This document shows, piece after piece, positions 40,329-49,574 of a stretch of 64,000 nt of DNA. The stretch comes from a virus. Each line of letters opens with the position of its first letter. The first letter of the stretch is position 1. Below the pieces are notes generated by a model, which saw only the letters and a program-made list of their open reading frames with translations, searched no databases and had not been told where the DNA came from. The position numbers and the translations under genes are program-made. Location: the IMG/VR virus record IMGVR_UViG_3300042484_002006. One strand, given 5' to 3'.

Positions 40329-41527
40329 TAATTCCAAATGATCCAGATAAGTTTTTGTCATCTTGGAAATACCTAGAGACAGCAAAGTATGTGCAAAGCT
40401 TAGGTAGAGTTATTCGTCAAAAGGACGGAGACAATACTCTATTCATAGAAGCAAAGGATAAAGAATCTTTCCGCCAACAAAATGGAAATATTGGTCTCTA
40501 TACTTCTATCTGGCATTATAATTCCACTGATCTAGATAAAGCTATTAGATTAGGATCATTATATTTTGATATAGATAACAAAGATCCGCATGAGTCATAT
40601 ATTGATTGCATGAAGTTATATAATTATCTTATTAATTATATTCCAAAGTCTGCTGTACTGGTATATTTTACTGGTAAAAAAGGCTTTCATATAGAATGCG
40701 AAGCGATTACTCTAGGCATTAATCCATCCAATAATCTTCCTAATATTTTTAGATTCATAGCTTCAACCCTAAAAGATAAACTTAAGTTAGAGTCACTAGA
40801 TTTCAGTGTGTATGATGCTAGAAGAATGTGGCGCCTAGAAGGCAGTAAGCATCAAGATACAAATCTATATAAAAATTTAATACCAGAAGATACTCTCTCT
40901 CAGGGTATGGATAAAATAACTGATTATTGTACAGTGCCCTCTTCCAATGGAGTATCAGAACAGAACTTCAATGCCAAGGCCAATGAATGGTTTAGAGAAT
41001 TTACCTATAATATGGAAATAGAAAAAGAAAAATCAAAAGATTTTATGGGCTATTTCAATAAGTATGGATCAACTGCATTTAAACAAGTGGATGTTAAAGA
41101 AAAAGAATTTACTCCTGACAAATTACTGAAAAGCTGTACATCAATAGCTAGACTCCAACAACAAGCTATTGAAAAAAAATATCTAGAACATGAGGCGAGA
41201 CTATTCCTATGTTCGATCTTAACTTATAACGAAGAATCAATAAAATTTCTTCACGGTATCTTGAGTAATTGTTCAGACTATAATGTTGAAAAAACTAATA
41301 GTCATGTAAACGATTGGATAAAAAGAAGAGAATTGGGAATCGGCGGGAGACCATATACATGCGAAAGAGCTAATTCTGCGGGTGTTGGATGTGGAGAATG
41401 TTCGCTAGAGAAAAAAAATAAATGGGTAAAGATAGGGGACAAGTATGTTGAAACACAAGAACAGTCTTCTCCATCTCCAGTGCGTTTTGCTTATAAACTA
41501 ATGGATAAAGGAGGTGAACATGCCTGA
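40325..41527 (+). CDS. archaeo-eukaryotic-type primase with Cys-rich PriL-like C-terminal domain
   Basis: YFDID, FTGKKGFH, RMWRLEGSKH; C-terminal EHEARLFL..RPYTC..GCGEC. Confidence 0.75.
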   Translation: MIIPNDPDKFLSSWKYLETAKYVQSLGRVIRQKDGDNTLFIEAKDKESFRQQNGNIGLYTSIWHYNSTDLDKAIRLGSLYFDIDNKDPHESYIDCMKLYNYLINYIPKSAVLVYFTGKKGFHIECEAITLGINPSNNLPNIFRFIASTLKDKLKLESLDFSVYDARRMWRLEGSKHQDTNLYKNLIPEDTLSQGMDKITDYCTVPSSNGVSEQNFNAKANEWFREFTYNMEIEKEKSKDFMGYFNKYGSTAFKQVDVKEKEFTPDKLLKSCTSIARLQQQAIEKKYLEHEARLFLCSILTYNEESIKFLHGILSNCSDYNVEKTNSHVNDWIKRRELGIGGRPYTCERANSAGVGCGECSLEKKNKWVKIGDKYVETQEQSSPSPVRFAYKLMDKGGEHA

Positions 41528-41726
41528 GATAGAAAATACAGATGATGTTATTGGCGTCTGCTCTGAATGTAAATCAGATCAGCCCGAAAGATATATGTAC
41601 AATAGTCCCTTCGCTCAAGAAGGTAAGCCAGTACCGTGCAAGTATTGCGGTGGAGTGGTAATTATTACATATCGCGAAGTAAGAGATAGCTCTTTAGAAG
41701 GTTCAGACAAGAGTAGAGGAATTTAA
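41514..41726 (+). CDS. small Zn-ribbon protein
   Basis: CSEC...CKYC. Confidence 0.65.
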   Translation: MNMPEIENTDDVIGVCSECKSDQPERYMYNSPFAQEGKPVPCKYCGGVVIITYREVRDSSLEGSDKSRGI

Positions 41727-44700
41727 TGAAGAATTGGACTAACCTCCATAACCATACAGTCTTTTCAATGTTAGACGGTCATGGTGACATAGAGCAGTAC
41801 TTAACTAGAGCTAAGTCCTTAGGAATGAGAGGCTTAGCTACTACCGATCATGGAAACATACATTCATGGTTAGACTTCTATGACGCTGGAACTTCTATTG
41901 GGGTTAAGCCAATTCTTGGTTCAGAATTCTATCAAGCTAGAAAAACTAGATTTGATAGAGATCCCGAAGAAAGATCAGGACCATCACAAAATGAATGGGA
42001 GCAAAGAGGCCCTTATCATATAACTATTCTAGCCAAAAACAAAGTTGGTTATAATAATATTATTAAAATATCTTCTAGATCTTTCCTAGAAGGTTATTAT
42101 GTTAAGCCACGTATTGATCATGATTTAATAGCAGAACACTCCGAAGGAATTATTGTTCTTTCGGGATGCTTGAATAGTGAAGTATGCCAGGCATTACTAA
42201 GAGACGATTACCAATTTGCTCTTGCATCTGCAAAAAAAATGCAAGATATTGTTGGTAAGGAAAACTACTTTATCGAAGTTCAAGATCATGGTCTTGGAGA
42301 GCAGAAAAAAGTATTTAATCAACTAGTGCAGATAGCGGAAACTATTGGCGCAAAAGTTGTTCCAAGCGGTGACTGCCACTACGTGCATAAGCACGATGCA
42401 AGATCTCATGACATCATGTTGTGCGTAGCAACTAACGCAAACATACATACTCCAAACAGATTCTCATTTACTGGAGAAGAATTTTATCTTCAATCATATG
42501 ATGAAATGTCTTCTAAATTCAATCCAGACTGGCTAAAAAACAGTATGGACGTTTGTGACATGATTGATTTGAATCTTTCTTTTGGAGATATTCACTTCCC
42601 CGACTTTCCTATTCCAACTCTAGAAGCACCTATGGATTACTTCGATAGATTAGCTTGGAGCGGCCTAAAGGAAAGATACGGCGATCCCCTACCTGCTCAT
42701 ATTGTAGATAGAGCTAATCACGAAATACGTGTCGTAAAAGAAATGGGATTTACTGAATATTTCTTAGTCGTATCAGATCTAGTTAATTGGGCTAAGAATA
42801 ACAATGTCAGAGTTGGTTGGGGACGAGGCTCTGCAGCAGGCAGTATTCTCTCCTACGCATTTAAAATTACAAATCTAGATCCAATTAAGTTCGGATTAAT
42901 GTTTGAACGATTCCTTGTTGAGGGTCGAAAATCAATGCCCGACATCGACCTTGACTTTGATGATAGATATCGTGACGAGGTAATTAACTATGCTAGAACA
43001 AAGTATGGGTCTGACCACGTTGCCCACATCTGCACATTCAACAAGACAGGTGCGAGACAATCTATTCGAGATGCAGCGAGAGCCTTAGGTTATGATTTTG
43101 CCGGTGGAGACGTAGTAGCAAAACTTGTTCCTCCGCCAGTATTGGGCATCTCAAAAAATCTTTCGGAATGTATGGAAGTTGAGGAATTTAAACAACTATA
43201 CGAGAAAGACTCAGATGCTAAAACTATTGTAGATACGGCATTTGGGCTGGAAGGTTTAGTAAGACAAACTGGCATACACGCTGCTGGTATAGTTATATCT
43301 AGAGACGCACTAACTGAATACCTGCCTATTATGCGCAAGGGTGTGGACAATCCAATCATTACACAATGGGACATGGGTAGAGTCGAGCAGTGTGGCCTTT
43401 TAAAGATTGACTTTCTTGGTCTAAGAAACCTTGGAGTTATTGATTCATGCATCAAGTTAGTCCATAAGCGTAAAGGCGAACTTATTGATGTTGATAAAAT
43501 TCCGCTTGACGACGCAAAAACTTACGATGAATTATGCAAAGGTAATTGCGCCGGAGTCTTTCAACTTGAATCATCGGGCATGAGACAATTAATGATGCAG
43601 CTTCAACCACGTAACGTAGAAGACATCATGGCATTGATTTCATTGTATAGACCAGGTCCAATGGGATCTGGAATGGATAAAGAATATATTGACCGTAAAC
43701 ATGGTCGTAGTCAAATTAAATATGAGCATCCAAAATTAGCTAAGGTACTAGCACCGTCCTTAGGGATTATGCTGTATCAAGAGGATGTTTTAGGCGTCGC
43801 TAGAGAATTAGCAGGCTTTACTTCCGCAGAGGCTGATGATTTAAGAAAAGTTATTGGTAAAAAATTAATGGATAAAATTGCCAAGATGCGATCTATGTTT
43901 GTCGAGGGATGTGTTCGAACATCTGATATGTCAGAAACTTTAGCTAATAAAATTTTCTCAGATATTGAATACTTTGGTGGATATGGATTCAACAGAGCAC
44001 ACGCCGCAAGCTATGCTATGATTAGTTATGTCACTGCTTATCTTAAGTCGAATCATCCAACAGAATATATGGCAGGACTCATGTCATCAGTAGTTGGAAA
44101 TAAAGAAAAGCAAGCATTCTATTTATCGGACTGTAGAAAATTAAATATAGAAGTGTCCCCACCATCAATTAATAAATCTGGGATTGACTTTGAAGTAGTA
44201 GGAGATAGATCAATCGTATTTGGACTTTCTGCTGTAAGTGGCATTGGGCAATCGATAGCTGATGCAATAGTCAACTGCAGAAACACTGAAGAGCCATACA
44301 CAAGCATTGTGGACTTCCTCAGAAGATGCGATCCGGTAATCCTGAAGAAGAGTACGTTGGAACATTTAGCAGCCGCAGGGGCATTTGATGAATTAGTGAA
44401 TATAGATTTAGGAGAATATCCTAGACTACAAGAAATAGAAATGCTAGAAAAAGAAAAAGAAGAACTTGGAATATATGTAACCAGTCATCCTATTATGGGA
44501 ATATGGGACATACTTTCTAAAAAAGTTGATTGCGAAATAATTGAATTATCTGAGTATCAAGTCGGATCAAATATAAAAGTCGGGGGAATAATTACAGCCT
44601 CGAAAAAGATAATGACCAAAAAGGGTCAGAAGATGTTCAAAATATCAATAGAAGATATTTCTTCAGATGTTGAAGTAATTATCTTTCCCAACAATGCAAA

Positions 44701-45049
44701 AAATATAGCGGACGATTACTTTAATAAGGGTGATGTAGTAATTATATCTGGAACCTTAAATAAAGAGGGCGACGAAGAAAACTCCACATGTAAGTTATTT
44801 TTCTCATCATGCGAAAAGGTAGATGCCCACCTATTTGCCACAGGTAAGGCAATAATTTTTAATGTAAAAAAGAATATATCCACTTCGACTATAGATAAGA
44901 TTTATGATATAATTGATTCGTCACGAGGTGATCGTCCTGTATTCTTACAGATATTGGACGGTAAACATAAATTTATTTACAAATACAAGATAGAGGCATC
45001 CCCTAAAGTGGAAGATGCGATTAGACAATTAATTGAATTGGAGCAATAA
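41726..45049 (+). CDS. dnaE: DNA polymerase III alpha subunit with intact-looking PHP domain
   Basis: LHNHTVFSMLDG, TDHG, GRGSAAGS, PDIDLDF, GIHAAG, KIDFLGLRNL, YRPGP, FNRAHAASY, OB fold. No intein. Confidence 0.95.
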   Translation: MKNWTNLHNHTVFSMLDGHGDIEQYLTRAKSLGMRGLATTDHGNIHSWLDFYDAGTSIGVKPILGSEFYQARKTRFDRDPEERSGPSQNEWEQRGPYHITILAKNKVGYNNIIKISSRSFLEGYYVKPRIDHDLIAEHSEGIIVLSGCLNSEVCQALLRDDYQFALASAKKMQDIVGKENYFIEVQDHGLGEQKKVFNQLVQIAETIGAKVVPSGDCHYVHKHDARSHDIMLCVATNANIHTPNRFSFTGEEFYLQSYDEMSSKFNPDWLKNSMDVCDMIDLNLSFGDIHFPDFPIPTLEAPMDYFDRLAWSGLKERYGDPLPAHIVDRANHEIRVVKEMGFTEYFLVVSDLVNWAKNNNVRVGWGRGSAAGSILSYAFKITNLDPIKFGLMFERFLVEGRKSMPDIDLDFDDRYRDEVINYARTKYGSDHVAHICTFNKTGARQSIRDAARALGYDFAGGDVVAKLVPPPVLGISKNLSECMEVEEFKQLYEKDSDAKTIVDTAFGLEGLVRQTGIHAAGIVISRDALTEYLPIMRKGVDNPIITQWDMGRVEQCGLLKIDFLGLRNLGVIDSCIKLVHKRKGELIDVDKIPLDDAKTYDELCKGNCAGVFQLESSGMRQLMMQLQPRNVEDIMALISLYRPGPMGSGMDKEYIDRKHGRSQIKYEHPKLAKVLAPSLGIMLYQEDVLGVARELAGFTSAEADDLRKVIGKKLMDKIAKMRSMFVEGCVRTSDMSETLANKIFSDIEYFGGYGFNRAHAASYAMISYVTAYLKSNHPTEYMAGLMSSVVGNKEKQAFYLSDCRKLNIEVSPPSINKSGIDFEVVGDRSIVFGLSAVSGIGQSIADAIVNCRNTEEPYTSIVDFLRRCDPVILKKSTLEHLAAAGAFDELVNIDLGEYPRLQEIEMLEKEKEELGIYVTSHPIMGIWDILSKKVDCEIIELSEYQVGSNIKVGGIITASKKIMTKKGQKMFKISIEDISSDVEVIIFPNNAKNIADDYFNKGDVVIISGTLNKEGDEENSTCKLFFSSCEKVDAHLFATGKAIIFNVKKNISTSTIDKIYDIIDSSRGDRPVFLQILDGKHKFIYKYKIEASPKVEDAIRQLIELEQ

Positions 45050-45415
45050 ATGTCAGCAGATAGACCTTCAGTTAACCCTACAGATAGATGGTGCTGGGTG
45101 TTTTGCCCGTCATGCAATAGGTGTCAAGATAAAGGAAGATATACAAAATGTAATGGGTGCTCAGGTCGATACGATCCGGAACTTATTATCAAAGCAGACA
45201 GTGAAGATTTCTGTGATTGCAAGAATGGAACTCTGAGATGGAAAACCCAGCAGGGTAGACTTGTTATGACTAAGTTTAAATCCAATCCATTTAAGAGCCA
45301 AGTTAAGTATGAAAAGAAATCAGATGATGAACGCGATTGGGACTCATATGTCAAAGATATGAGAGAAAAATTAAATGATCCTAATTGGGATCCCATAACT
45401 TATTACGAGGATTAA
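45050..45415 (+). CDS. Cys-rich Zn-binding protein
   Basis: CPSCNRC..CNGC..CDC. Confidence 0.6.
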   Translation: MSADRPSVNPTDRWCWVFCPSCNRCQDKGRYTKCNGCSGRYDPELIIKADSEDFCDCKNGTLRWKTQQGRLVMTKFKSNPFKSQVKYEKKSDDERDWDSYVKDMREKLNDPNWDPITYYED

Positions 45416-45417
45416 AA

Positions 45418-45648
45418 ATGAGCCAGAACTTTCCAGCAGTTGTTGAAAAAGGTAATATTAAATTAACAGAATACACTGATTCAACTTACAATTATGATGA
45501 CAAATTATTCTTACAGTGCACCTGTGTTGGATTCTATCTAACGCAGAAAGAATTAAAAGACCTATACACAGTTGTGAGTTATTATCTGAATGCAGATGAT
45601 ATTACTGAAGTTAAAGTATCCATAGGGGGCGAAGATGTGGCCCTATGA
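45418..45648 (+). CDS. hypothetical protein
   Basis: ATG 45418 after GAGG. Confidence 0.55.
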   Translation: MSQNFPAVVEKGNIKLTEYTDSTYNYDDKLFLQCTCVGFYLTQKELKDLYTVVSYYLNADDITEVKVSIGGEDVAL

Positions 45649-45802
45649 AGAAGATGATCATATGGAAATAGGTGAAAGTGGTTGGGTGGCAATCGGCCAA
45701 GGCGCTTATATAAATAAACTCAACAATCACACTATAGATGAAATTGGAAGAGAATTCGATGAAAATGGTCGACTAATATACGATCCCAATGAAGAACAGT
45801 AG
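45635..45802 (+). CDS. 55-aa acidic protein (missed by ORF track)
   Basis: MWPYEEDDHMEIGESGWVAIGQGAYINKLNNHTIDEIGREFDENGRLIYDPNEEQ, preceded by GGGGG. Confidence 0.55.
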   Translation: MWPYEEDDHMEIGESGWVAIGQGAYINKLNNHTIDEIGREFDENGRLIYDPNEEQ

Positions 45803-45810
45803 GAATATTT

Positions 45811-46614
45811 TTGAGTTCTATATTAATTAAAAATTATGATAGCTTAAGTGATTTAGAAAAATTAAGTTTAGTAGATTTTTCATATTCTAGAATAGATACG
45901 TACGACCAATGTCCATCAAGATATTTCTATTCTTATATCAAGAAAGAACCAAGACAGTTCAACGCACCGGCAGCTCTTGGAAACATTGTCCATGCAGTTC
46001 TTGAAAATACTTTAGATAATAATAAAGTTTTAGATTTAAATGAACTTCAGGAAGAATATAAAAATAATATTCCTATTTGGGATCCAAATCAAGAAATAAC
46101 TCCAGATCTTATTTCAGTTGGATCAATTATACTCAATGAATTCTACGATCAAAATGTGGATAAAGAATTCTCCATATACGATAAAGAAATGTCTTTCTCT
46201 TATATTATAGGGTCGTACAGAATAATTGGCTTTATAGATAGGGTAGATATTATTGGAGATAGAGTCAACATAACAGACTATAAAACTGGTAAATGGGAAG
46301 TTGCACAGAAGCATGTGCACTCAAATCTGCAGCTAGGCATATATGCCCTTGCGCTTCATAATATATTTCCAGAAAAAGAAATATACGCTGAACTTTATTA
46401 TTTAAGATCTGGAAAAAGAAAAGGCCATTTGTTTACTCAAGAAGATATAGATGAAGTTAAGAATAAGCTTATTGACACTATTCAAAAAATAATGGTTGAT
46501 CAAAACTTTACGCCCACTGCCAATAGCAGAGTATGCTCTTACTGTGATCACGCCAAATCAGGTGCTTGTCCAACTGGTGTTTACAGAAATAAAAACAATA
46601 GTTACAGAAAATAG
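45811..46614 (+). CDS. RecB/Cas4-like PD-(D/E)XK exonuclease with four Cys
   Basis: SYSRIDTYDQCP, GNIVH, GFIDRVD, DYKTG, QLGIYA, CSYC..C. Confidence 0.85.
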   Translation: MSSILIKNYDSLSDLEKLSLVDFSYSRIDTYDQCPSRYFYSYIKKEPRQFNAPAALGNIVHAVLENTLDNNKVLDLNELQEEYKNNIPIWDPNQEITPDLISVGSIILNEFYDQNVDKEFSIYDKEMSFSYIIGSYRIIGFIDRVDIIGDRVNITDYKTGKWEVAQKHVHSNLQLGIYALALHNIFPEKEIYAELYYLRSGKRKGHLFTQEDIDEVKNKLIDTIQKIMVDQNFTPTANSRVCSYCDHAKSGACPTGVYRNKNNSYRK

Positions 46615-46638
46615 AAAAGGGGCTGGTTTCCCAGCCCC
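46613..46638 (-). terminator. intrinsic terminator, possibly bidirectional
   Basis: Minus strand reads GGGGCTGG-GAAA-CCAGCCCC-TTTTCT, downstream of the minus-strand small gene. Confidence 0.7.
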
Positions 46639-46665
46639 AATTCTATACGTAGTTTTTAAAAAGAA

Positions 46666-46830
46666 TCAGAAAGTTGAATCTGAATCGATAGCAAAATCGA
46701 AATCATTGAACTCTGTGACTACCTTGACGGCATCGCCATAGTCATAACCGAGGTCTACAACCAAGTCCTCGATAATCTCGTTGTCAATAGTTTCAATTGC
46801 TGTGTTGATGATGTGTGTTAATGTGTTCAT
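46666..46830 (-). CDS. 54-aa highly acidic protein, probably leaderless (missed by ORF track)
   Basis: MNTLTHIINTAIETIDNEIIEDLVVDLGYDYGDAVKVVTEFNDFDFAIDSDSTF; has its own promoter and terminator. Confidence 0.7.
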   Translation of the reverse strand: MNTLTHIINTAIETIDNEIIEDLVVDLGYDYGDAVKVVTEFNDFDFAIDSDSTF

Positions 46831-46837
46831 AGTGATT

Positions 46838-46901
46838 AGTATACTTCCTTCTTAGTGGTAATGCAAGTCGTTTTGCATATTTTTATTTTTTAGTGTATAA
46901 T
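46838..46901. promoter_or_regulatory. divergent back-to-back sigma70/SigA-type promoters
   Basis: Minus: TTGCAT (46866-46861), 17 nt, TATACT (46843-46838). Plus: TTGCAT (46873-46878), 17 nt, TATAAT (46896-46901). Confidence 0.75.
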
Positions 46902-46934
46902 ATATATACGCTTACAGGCATTAAGGATATCATA

Positions 46935-47501
46935 ATGGAACTACACGTTGTCAAGGCAGAAGACTTTTTTTTGGAAAAATCTTCTTTTAAAAAACAGCCA
47001 AATCTAAATAACATCAGAAACAAACAGATTGATAAAGTCATCTTAGAAGATGATGGAGTTTTTACCAGGAAAAAGGGTAACGCGTATCAGTATACGAAAA
47101 CCGGATTCAGGAAAGATATTGAGCTTAATGTAAGATCTAGCTGGGAAGCTAATTTTGTTAGAATCCTAAATATCTATAAAATAGAATTTAAATTTGAACC
47201 TACTGTATTTTCTTTTCCGATTAAAAGAGGAACAAAAGGTTATACTCCTGATTTTTTCTTAGAACGAAATGGTGAATGGGTAGAGATTAAAGGCTATCTA
47301 GATGATAAAAGTAAAATTAAATTAAAAAGATTCAAAAGGTATTACCCTGATGAATTTGAAAAGATGACCTGCGTTATAAGCAGATACTCTAATAACGCAA
47401 AAAATTTTATGGCTGAAATAGAAGTTCCCAATATTGTCTTTTACGAAGACATAAAAGATTTTTATAGTCAGTACGTAGTTAACTGGGAAGGAAAAAGATG
47501 A
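46935..47501 (+). CDS. T7 endonuclease I-like junction resolvase/nuclease
   Basis: RSSWEANF..FEP..YTPDFF..VEIKGY. Start moved to ATG 46935 (AAGGA RBS) because the ORF-track start lies in the promoter. Confidence 0.7.
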   Translation: MELHVVKAEDFFLEKSSFKKQPNLNNIRNKQIDKVILEDDGVFTRKKGNAYQYTKTGFRKDIELNVRSSWEANFVRILNIYKIEFKFEPTVFSFPIKRGTKGYTPDFFLERNGEWVEIKGYLDDKSKIKLKRFKRYYPDEFEKMTCVISRYSNNAKNFMAEIEVPNIVFYEDIKDFYSQYVVNWEGKR

Positions 47502-48358
47502 CAGCCTACAAGGAGCAATATTATTCTTTAGAAGAAAATGAAATGCAAGACCTAATTGCAAAAGCTAAAAAAGGTTCAGCAAAAGCACAAGAAGAACTCT
47601 TAAAAGTATTCAGTAATTTCTTAACAAAGTATATTTCACTATTATATTATGGAAAATTTAATCTCAATGATTATGACATACGAAGGTTTATCTCTTTATT
47701 TATCAAAGATTCTGGCACAAGGTTTGCCCTAATGAAGAATAAAATGAATGGATCTAACATGCGAGTGATAAATGAATGCATGAGAGGTATTCATTATATG
47801 GCAAAAAGATATGGGGACGAGGAGGACATCAGACAAACGGTATATATGACCTTCTTTCAGTGCATAGGACGATACGAAAGAAAAGATTCAGCTAAAGGTC
47901 CAATCCCCTTTAGTGGTTTCTTGTATAGCTATTTCTTTTATCTACTAAAAAAGAACGTAGATACATTCCTTATTGATCAATTAGGTAGGAAGACATTCCC
48001 ATTATTGGACGACGATGCCACTAATGATGAGGGTGATGAGAACTATGTAATTGGTTTCAAAGCAGATCCAGTGGAATATAGTATGGAGCAGTTATTGGCT
48101 GCAGATAAAATTGATGAATTTTGGGTTTTGGGCGAGAAAAATATTGCGCCATTTGATAGACTAACAGTGCAAGAAAGACAACTTCTAAAATGGAGGTATG
48201 TAGATGGACAACGATCCAGCGAAATATCTCAGAAAGTTAATGAACATCCAAATACAGTTAGAGAGCATTTGTCTAAGATTAAAAATAAAGTAAAAGATTT
48301 AATTATAGAGAATGATCTCAGTGAATACGCAATGCTAATCAATATGGAGAAGAATTAA
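47498..48358 (+). CDS. phage RNA polymerase sigma factor-like protein
   Basis: Region 2-like AQEELLKVFSNFLTKY; region 4 LTVQERQLLKWRYVDGQRSSEISQKV..TVREHLSKIK. Confidence 0.75.
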   Translation: MTAYKEQYYSLEENEMQDLIAKAKKGSAKAQEELLKVFSNFLTKYISLLYYGKFNLNDYDIRRFISLFIKDSGTRFALMKNKMNGSNMRVINECMRGIHYMAKRYGDEEDIRQTVYMTFFQCIGRYERKDSAKGPIPFSGFLYSYFFYLLKKNVDTFLIDQLGRKTFPLLDDDATNDEGDENYVIGFKADPVEYSMEQLLAADKIDEFWVLGEKNIAPFDRLTVQERQLLKWRYVDGQRSSEISQKVNEHPNTVREHLSKIKNKVKDLIIENDLSEYAMLINMEKN

Positions 48359-48873
48359 TGAACCTACAATCAATGGAAAAACTGCAAGAGCTATTGCAGA
48401 ATTTTCTTGGACCTCAATTAAAAGAGGTTATCGAAGCATACGCTGACGTAGAAAAAAGTAGTAAATATTTTGTAGAAATTCCAGAGGTCGACATTATAGA
48501 TCTAGGCATAGAGACTATTGCATCACTAGTTGCCCGCACCTCTAATGTCTACGGTAGAGCAGCGCGCTTTGCTGGAATGTCTAGAGCACAATATAAGATT
48601 ATAGAAGGTAATTATAAAAGAGTCTATAAATCAAATAGAGCCGGAAAGAATGAAGCTGAAAGAGAAGCTTCAGCCATGGCAGCAGCAGAGTCACAGCACA
48701 CTGAAATGATTACCTGTGAGGCAATTATGAGTCTAGCTGAAGCAATGGAAACGTCAGCTAGAATAGCATCAGAATCAGCTAGAAAGCTAATGGACAAAAT
48801 GCAGTCCATGCAAGTAGCTGCGTTTAGAGAAGAAAAAGGTTCCTATTTGGAATCGGATTTTAGCACCTACTAA
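48358..48873 (+). CDS. coiled-coil hypothetical protein
   Basis: Ala/Glu-rich helical heptads. Confidence 0.6.
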   Translation: MNLQSMEKLQELLQNFLGPQLKEVIEAYADVEKSSKYFVEIPEVDIIDLGIETIASLVARTSNVYGRAARFAGMSRAQYKIIEGNYKRVYKSNRAGKNEAEREASAMAAAESQHTEMITCEAIMSLAEAMETSARIASESARKLMDKMQSMQVAAFREEKGSYLESDFSTY

Positions 48874-48885
48874 AGGACAAGAAAT

Positions 48886-49092
48886 ATGTTTATCGGTCAT
48901 TACAAAAGTGTTAATACATCTGAAGAATTTTATTCTACAGAAAAAGAAGATCTTAATTTTCCAACACAGGTTGAATATAAAAGCAATAAATATCTATTGA
49001 CAAAAACAATTCAAATATCATCAAGTCTTAAAAAAAATCTAACAGACGTAGCAAAACGATTTAATATAGATTATGATGTAAAGGTTGATTGA
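48886..49092 (+). CDS. hypothetical protein
   Basis: 68 aa with AAGGA RBS. Confidence 0.55.
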   Translation: MFIGHYKSVNTSEEFYSTEKEDLNFPTQVEYKSNKYLLTKTIQISSSLKKNLTDVAKRFNIDYDVKVD

Positions 49093-49129
49093 ACACAGTG
49101 TTTAAGTTTTTAAGATTGGCTTTTTATTT

Positions 49130-49564
49130 ATGAACATAGAAGTATTTTGTGATGGAGCATCTAGAGGGCAGGGTCAGAAGAAAATCGGAGAAGCTGCCTG
49201 TTCTGTCGTTGTTTATCGCAACAGAAAAAAGATAGCACAGTTTGCCAGAGGATTAGGTCCTAGAACTAATAATGAAGCAGAATATGAAGCTGTAATAGCA
49301 GGACTGCTGATATGTTCTATGGCTGATCTTATAGACCCAATTATATATACAGACTCAGCTGTTGTGGCTAATCAGGTTAACGGTAAGTGGAAATGCAAGA
49401 GTGCAGCCCTAATCCCATTACTGATGACTATTGAGGAAATCAGAGATGAATTTAATTTTCGGGTTATTCAAGTTAAAAGAACATTTGTTTGGGAACCAGA
49501 CGCCTTGGCAAATAAATTTTTAGATGAATTAGAAGTAAGAAAAGAGAAAATAAATAGGATATGA
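49130..49564 (+). CDS. rnhA: ribonuclease HI
   Basis: CDGASRG, TNNEAEYEA, YTDSAVV..GKWK, DALAN. Confidence 0.88.
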   Translation: MNIEVFCDGASRGQGQKKIGEAACSVVVYRNRKKIAQFARGLGPRTNNEAEYEAVIAGLLICSMADLIDPIIYTDSAVVANQVNGKWKCKSAALIPLLMTIEEIRDEFNFRVIQVKRTFVWEPDALANKFLDELEVRKEKINRI

Positions 49565-49574
49565 ATGGTATAAT

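Noticed and set aside
28721-45049. Inteins or introns in nrdJ, dnaB and dnaE
   Set aside because: Lengths are normal, motifs are contiguous, and there are no intein splice motifs or embedded homing endonucleases.
38730-46614. CRISPR-Cas system (Cas4-like nucleases)
   Set aside because: No repeat-spacer array or other cas genes are seen; RecB/Cas4-like nucleases are common phage recombination proteins.
46496-46741. 81-aa plus-strand ORF
   Set aside because: It spans a terminator and lies antisense to the better-supported acidic gene.
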